A stretch of 63,995 bases of DNA, filler included, from Chiloscyllium plagiosum (Eukaryota): assembly GCF_004010195.1 (NCBI RefSeq). It is 7 parts of 2 records of this genome, joined end to end, with 100 filler letters (N's around TTAATTAATTAA, not from the genome) between each part and the next. Parts side by side here need not be neighbours in the genome. Positions count along the whole stretch, not along the records: positions 54,641 to 62,507 come from NC_057712.1; positions 62,608 to 63,995 come from NC_057713.1; 5 more parts are not named here. One strand, given 5' to 3'. Below, piece after piece: positions 62,062 to 63,995 of this stretch (position 1 is its first letter; each line of letters starts with the position of its first letter). The translations under genes were made by a program, and so were the position numbers. Below the pieces are notes generated by a model. That model made no database searches and had not been told where the DNA came from. It saw only the letters and a program-made list of their open reading frames with translations.

Positions 62062-62507
62062 GGTGCAACCATACTTGGAGTATTTTGCACAGTTCTGGTC
62101 ACCGCATTATAGGAAGGATGTATAAGCTTTAGGAAGTGTTCAGAGGATATTTATTAGGATGCTGCCTGGTATGGAGGGAAGGTCTTACGAGGAAAGGCTA
62201 AGGGTCTTGAGACTGTTTTCGTCAAAGAGAAGAAGATTGAGAGGTGACTTAATTGAGACATATAAGATAATCAGAGGATGAGATAGGGTGGAAGTTACAG
62301 CCTTTTTCCTTGGATGGATATGGTTAGCACGAGGGGACATCGCTATAAATTGAGGAGTGATAGACATGACAGATGTCAGAGGTGTTTTTTTTCACTCAGA
62401 CAGTCATGAGTGCATGCAATGCACTGCCTGAAACAATTGTAGATTCATCAATTTTGAGGAAATTTTTTTGTCATTGGATAGGCATATGGACGAGAATGGA
62501 ATAGTGT
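62062..62507 (+). mobile_element. CR1 3' fragment
   Basis: gtgcaaccatacttggagtattttgcacagttctggtcaccg and agattgagaggtgacttaattgag. Confidence 0.85.
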
Positions 62508-62824
62508 NNNNNNNNNNNNNNNNNNNNNNNNNNNNNNNNNNNNNNNNNNNNTTAATTAATTAANNNNNNNNNNNNNNNNNNNNNNNNNNNNNNNNNNNNN
62601 NNNNNNNAGAGGATTTGCAAATATGTACATTGATATTTCCCTTGAAAAATACTGTGGCAGACGCACACACACACACACAGACACACACACACACACACAC
62701 GTTTAATAACAAACTGAAAGGCAAAATATCTGCAAAGTTAACTTTAAAGATCTTTGTCCAAACATTATTCGAACTCATGACCAAAGGAAAAATGAGATTT
62801 TCACCAAAATGCTGTTCTATTTAT

Positions 62825-63600
62825 AGAGTAATCAAGTCCTACAGCATGGATAAAGGCCCTTTGGCCCAAACGGGTCCATGCTGACCCAAATGTCCATCCA
62901 CACTAACCCCATTTCCCAGCACTTGGCCCATAGACTCCTCTTCCTTTCCTGCCCATGTACTTGTCCAAATGACGTTTAAATATTGTTAATATAAATGCTT
63001 CAACGACTTCAGCTGACCGCTCATTCCATTTGCATACCACTCACTGTGGAAAACAGTTTCCATCAGTTTCCCTTTTATTCTTTCCCCTCTCACCTTAAAC
63101 TGATGTCCTCTCGTCCTCAATTTCACAACTCTGGGAAAATAGGCTGAGTCCATTCACCCTAACCATGCCTGTCATAATCTTGTGCACTTCTATTGGATTC
63201 CTCTCAGTCTCCTACACTCTGAAGAAAAAAGTTCTCGCTTGTCCTAACTCTCCCTATAAGTCACACTGTTGAGTCCTGGCAACATCTTTGTAAATTCCGT
63301 CTGCACACATTCCAATTTAAAAACAGTCTTCTTATCGCAATGTGACCAAAACTGAACACAACACTACAAGTGCAGTCTCACCGGCATCCTGTATAACTGC
63401 AACACAACTTCCCAATTCTCTCCTCCATGTGCTGACTGATAAATGCCAGTGTGCCAAACGCCTTCTTCACTGCCATGTTCATCTGTGACTCCAATTTCAG
63501 AGCATGATGTACCTGAACTTCATGGTCCCTCCGCTCAACTGCACTCCTTAAGGCCCTACCATTCACCAAGAAACTCCTACCTTGATCTAACTTTGTAAAT
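62825..63600 (-). mobile_element. CR1 3' fragment, its 5' end duplicated (168-bp tandem 63467-63634 / 63635-63802)
   Basis: ORF 63378..63569(-) NGRALRSAVERRD..VKKAFGTLAFISQ; tcactgccatgt starts at 63467 and 63635. Confidence 0.85.
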
Positions 63601-63840
63601 ATATTCCTCGCTTAAAAATATGTTGCAGGAAAAGTCACTGCCATGTCCATCTGTGACTCCAATTTCAGAGCATGATGTACCTGAACGTCATGGTCCCTCT
63701 GCTCAACTGCACTCCTTAAGGCCCTACCATTCACCATGAAACTCCTACCTTGATCTAACTTTGTAAATATATTCCTCGCTTAAAAATATGTTGCAGGAAA
63801 AGCGCAGCAGGGCAGGCAGCATCAAAGGAGCAGGAGAATC

Positions 63841-63870
63841 GACGTTTCGGACAAAAGACCTTCTTCAGGA
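63841..63870 (-). ncRNA. Minimal hammerhead ribozyme motif in a Penelope-type tail
   Basis: Minus strand tcCTGAAGAaggtcttttgtccGAAACGTC: CUGANGA, short stem II, GAAA and GUC cleavage triplet. Confidence 0.6.
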
Positions 63871-63995
63871 ATGAGGAGGGTGTGCCAAGCAGGCTAAGCT
63901 AAAAGGGAGCGAGGAGGGACTTGAGGGAGGGGCGTTGGGAATGCGATAGGTGGAAGAAGGTGAAGGTGAAGGTGAGGGTGATAGGCCGGAGAGGG

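Overview
Eukaryotic genomic DNA, almost certainly from a shark or other cartilaginous fish (HE1-type SINEs, CR1/HER1 LINEs, shark-type minisatellites; species not determinable). It is not one locus: seven contigs (1-14440, 14541-19565, 19666-34267, 34368-45129, 45230-54540, 54641-62507, 62608-63995) are joined by artificial 100-bp N44-TTAATTAATTAA-N44 spacers, plus three real N gaps. Most of the sequence is CR1, L1, L2, Rex1/Babar and Penelope retroelement debris, SINEs and tandem repeats, including a 7.9-kb 34-bp satellite. Seven host exons, six of them missed by the ORF track, were found by manual translation: one COQ8A exon (-), the SARDH last exon (+) facing the last two DBH exons (-), and three consecutive VAV2 SH2-region exons (-). 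The most unusual material is in contigs 2-3: a decayed antigen-receptor-like gene (Ig C1-type exon; TCR-like transmembrane exon in a paralogous copy) disrupted at a splice acceptor by an epsilon/gamma-like ERV, with an intervening decayed segment weakly resembling a STING ligand-binding domain (speculative). Also seen: three 5'-inverted retro-insertions and several minimal hammerhead ribozyme motifs in Penelope-type tails. All family assignments are from memory of known sequences, not database searches.
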